A stretch of DNA of 64,000 nucleotides. Origin: Campylobacterota bacterium. Lineage in GTDB: Bacteria; Campylobacterota; Campylobacteria; Campylobacterales; Sulfurimonadaceae. The notes beneath the pieces are model-generated. The model was not told where the DNA came from. It saw nothing but the letters and a program-made list of their open reading frames with translations, and ran no database searches. The stretch spans positions 2,165 through 66,164 of the forward strand of contig JAYEHQ010000076.1 in NCBI GenBank assembly GCA_034659595.1. The letters run 5' to 3'. Below, one piece after another: positions 62,315 to 64,000 of the stretch. The stretch's first letter is position 1, and each line of letters starts with the position of its first letter. A program made the position numbers and the translations under genes.

Positions 62315-62442
62315 AGCAAACCTTAAAATAATTTATCGAATTATATCAAATTTAGTTATCTTTTTTATTTAATTAACATTCCTAAAGTTAATTAAATAAG
62401 AAAAAAGTATAATTGCTGAGAAATTAAATTAACGAGAAAAAA

Positions 62443-64000
62443 ATGAAGAAATTACTTTTACTTATATTTATGTCTGTGTCTCTTTTGGCAATGCCAAAGT
62501 TTTTGATGCCAGATGAGGCGTTTATTCCTAAAGCAGAATTAAATGAAAAAATGCAGATAGAAGCTAAAATAGAGTTAGCTAAAGATATGTATCTTTATGA
62601 AAATAAAGTAAAGTTAGAAATAAGTAGTGATTTAATAGAGATTAAAAATATACAGTCGTCAAAAGCTGTAATGCATCATGAAGAGATGGTTTATTTGGAT
62701 TCCCCTTCTTTTGTTATAGATTTAAAAAAAAATAGCTCTTTTAATGATATAAAAACTGTAAAATTAACACTTTTTTATCAAGGGTGTTCAGAGCAGGGGC
62801 TTTGCTATGAGCCACTTGAAAAAAGTTTTGATTTTGATATAGATACATCTAAATTAATGATGGATAAAATTCAAGAAGAGATTATTGTAAAAGATATTTC
62901 AGAAGTTGATGCTATTGCAGATACTATAAAATCTGGAAATATTATTATCATATTACTTACATTTTTTGGATTTGGATTTTTATTGTCTCTTACTCCATGT
63001 GTGTTTCCTATGATACCAATTATCTCTGGTCTTATTATCTCTCAAGGTAAAGGTATCACAACCAAAAAAGCATTCTTTTTATCAGTTGTTTATGTTTTAG
63101 CTATGGCTGTAGCATATACCATCGCTGGTGTATTAGCTGGTCTTTTTGGTGCAAATCTACAAGTAGCACTTCAAAATCCGTGGGTTATCTACTCCTTTTC
63201 AGCAGTTTTTGTAGCATTAGCTATGAGTATGTTTGGATATTATGAACTTAAAATTCCTGATTATTTAGTTGCAAAGATAAGTTCTACTTCTCATAGTAGC
63301 GGTGTAGTGGGTGTTGCTATTATGGGATTTTTATCAGCTCTCATAGTAGGACCTTGTGTCGCTGCTCCTCTTGCTGGTGCATTGGTATATATAGGGCAAA
63401 CGGGGGATGCCATTTTAGGTGGAATGGCACTTTTTTCTATGAGTATTGGTATGGGTATTCCTCTTATTGTAGTTGGTGTTAGTGCTGGTAAATTAATGCC
63501 TAAACCAGGTGCTTGGATGACTATGGTTTCAGCTATTTTTGGTGTTATGATGCTTGTAGTTGCAGTATGGATGCTAGAAAGAGTAGTAGAGAGTTATATA
63601 ACAATGCTTTTATATTCATTTTTAGGTTTAGGTTTTGCTATATATATTGGGGTATTTGAAAAAGATAGTCATGTGTTTAAAAAGAGTGTAGCAGTTATTT
63701 TATTTATATATTCAGTTGCACTTCTTATAGGAACGCTGGGTGGTTCTGATAGTATGAGTAAACCATTAGAATTTTTAAAACCACAAGCAAGTCAAACGAT
63801 TTTAGAAGTAAAAAAGTCTAAAAATAATTTTATTACAATAACTTCTATTGAAGAGTTAAATATAGAGTTAGAAAAATATAAAGGTAAAAAGATTTTGTTA
63901 GATTTTACAGCTAAATGGTGTACAGCTTGTAAAGAGTTAGAAGAGGTTACATTCGCCGATGCTAATGTCATGGTTAAAATGAAAGATTTTGTCTTAATAA
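62443..64000 (+). CDS. dsbD: Thiol:disulfide interchange protein DsbD, runs off window end
   Basis: Translated by hand: signal peptide, YQGCSEQGLCY, LTPCVFPMIP, GPCVAAPL, DFTAKWCTACK. Confidence 0.93.
   Translation, partial: MKKLLLLIFMSVSLLAMPKFLMPDEAFIPKAELNEKMQIEAKIELAKDMYLYENKVKLEISSDLIEIKNIQSSKAVMHHEEMVYLDSPSFVIDLKKNSSFNDIKTVKLTLFYQGCSEQGLCYEPLEKSFDFDIDTSKLMMDKIQEEIIVKDISEVDAIADTIKSGNIIIILLTFFGFGFLLSLTPCVFPMIPIISGLIISQGKGITTKKAFFLSVVYVLAMAVAYTIAGVLAGLFGANLQVALQNPWVIYSFSAVFVALAMSMFGYYELKIPDYLVAKISSTSHSSGVVGVAIMGFLSALIVGPCVAAPLAGALVYIGQTGDAILGGMALFSMSIGMGIPLIVVGVSAGKLMPKPGAWMTMVSAIFGVMMLVVAVWMLERVVESYITMLLYSFLGLGFAIYIGVFEKDSHVFKKSVAVILFIYSVALLIGTLGGSDSMSKPLEFLKPQASQTILEVKKSKNNFITITSIEELNIELEKYKGKKILLDFTAKWCTACKELEEVTFADANVMVKMKDFVLI

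Overview
Very AT-rich, densely coding chromosomal segment from a Campylobacterota bacterium, most like Sulfurimonas (inferred from gene order and protein style). It is mostly core genes: ychF, psd, thiL, a non-classical type-E sdhABE complex, nadK, recN, tatD-mltD-rlpA-hisB-kdsC-lptC-lptA-engB, mrdA, nadE, lpxK, ispB-hemA-proS-fxsA-hemC, a UbiD/MqnL decarboxylase, argH, a Cts/MSHA-like pilus-secretin cluster, era, hslUV, rplI, argG, flaG, glyS, truA, lptF, a prepilin peptidase, uppS, coaBC and dsbD. I saw no rRNA, tRNA, CRISPR array, prophage or transposase. The most notable signals are: (1) a dispersed intergenic two-hairpin element whose two full copies differ by fully compensatory stem changes, with a related element that also forms a 28-codon ORF at the proS ribosome-binding site; (2) a ferredoxin:thioredoxin reductase-rhodanese fusion; (3) a degenerate IscU-like protein coupled to a tandem ferritin-like protein; (4) a Sel1-phospholipase A fusion; (5) signs of gene erosion, including a pagL remnant, a nonsense-interrupted gene and a ProRS lacking its editing domain. 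All calls come from reading motifs by eye; no database searches were run.
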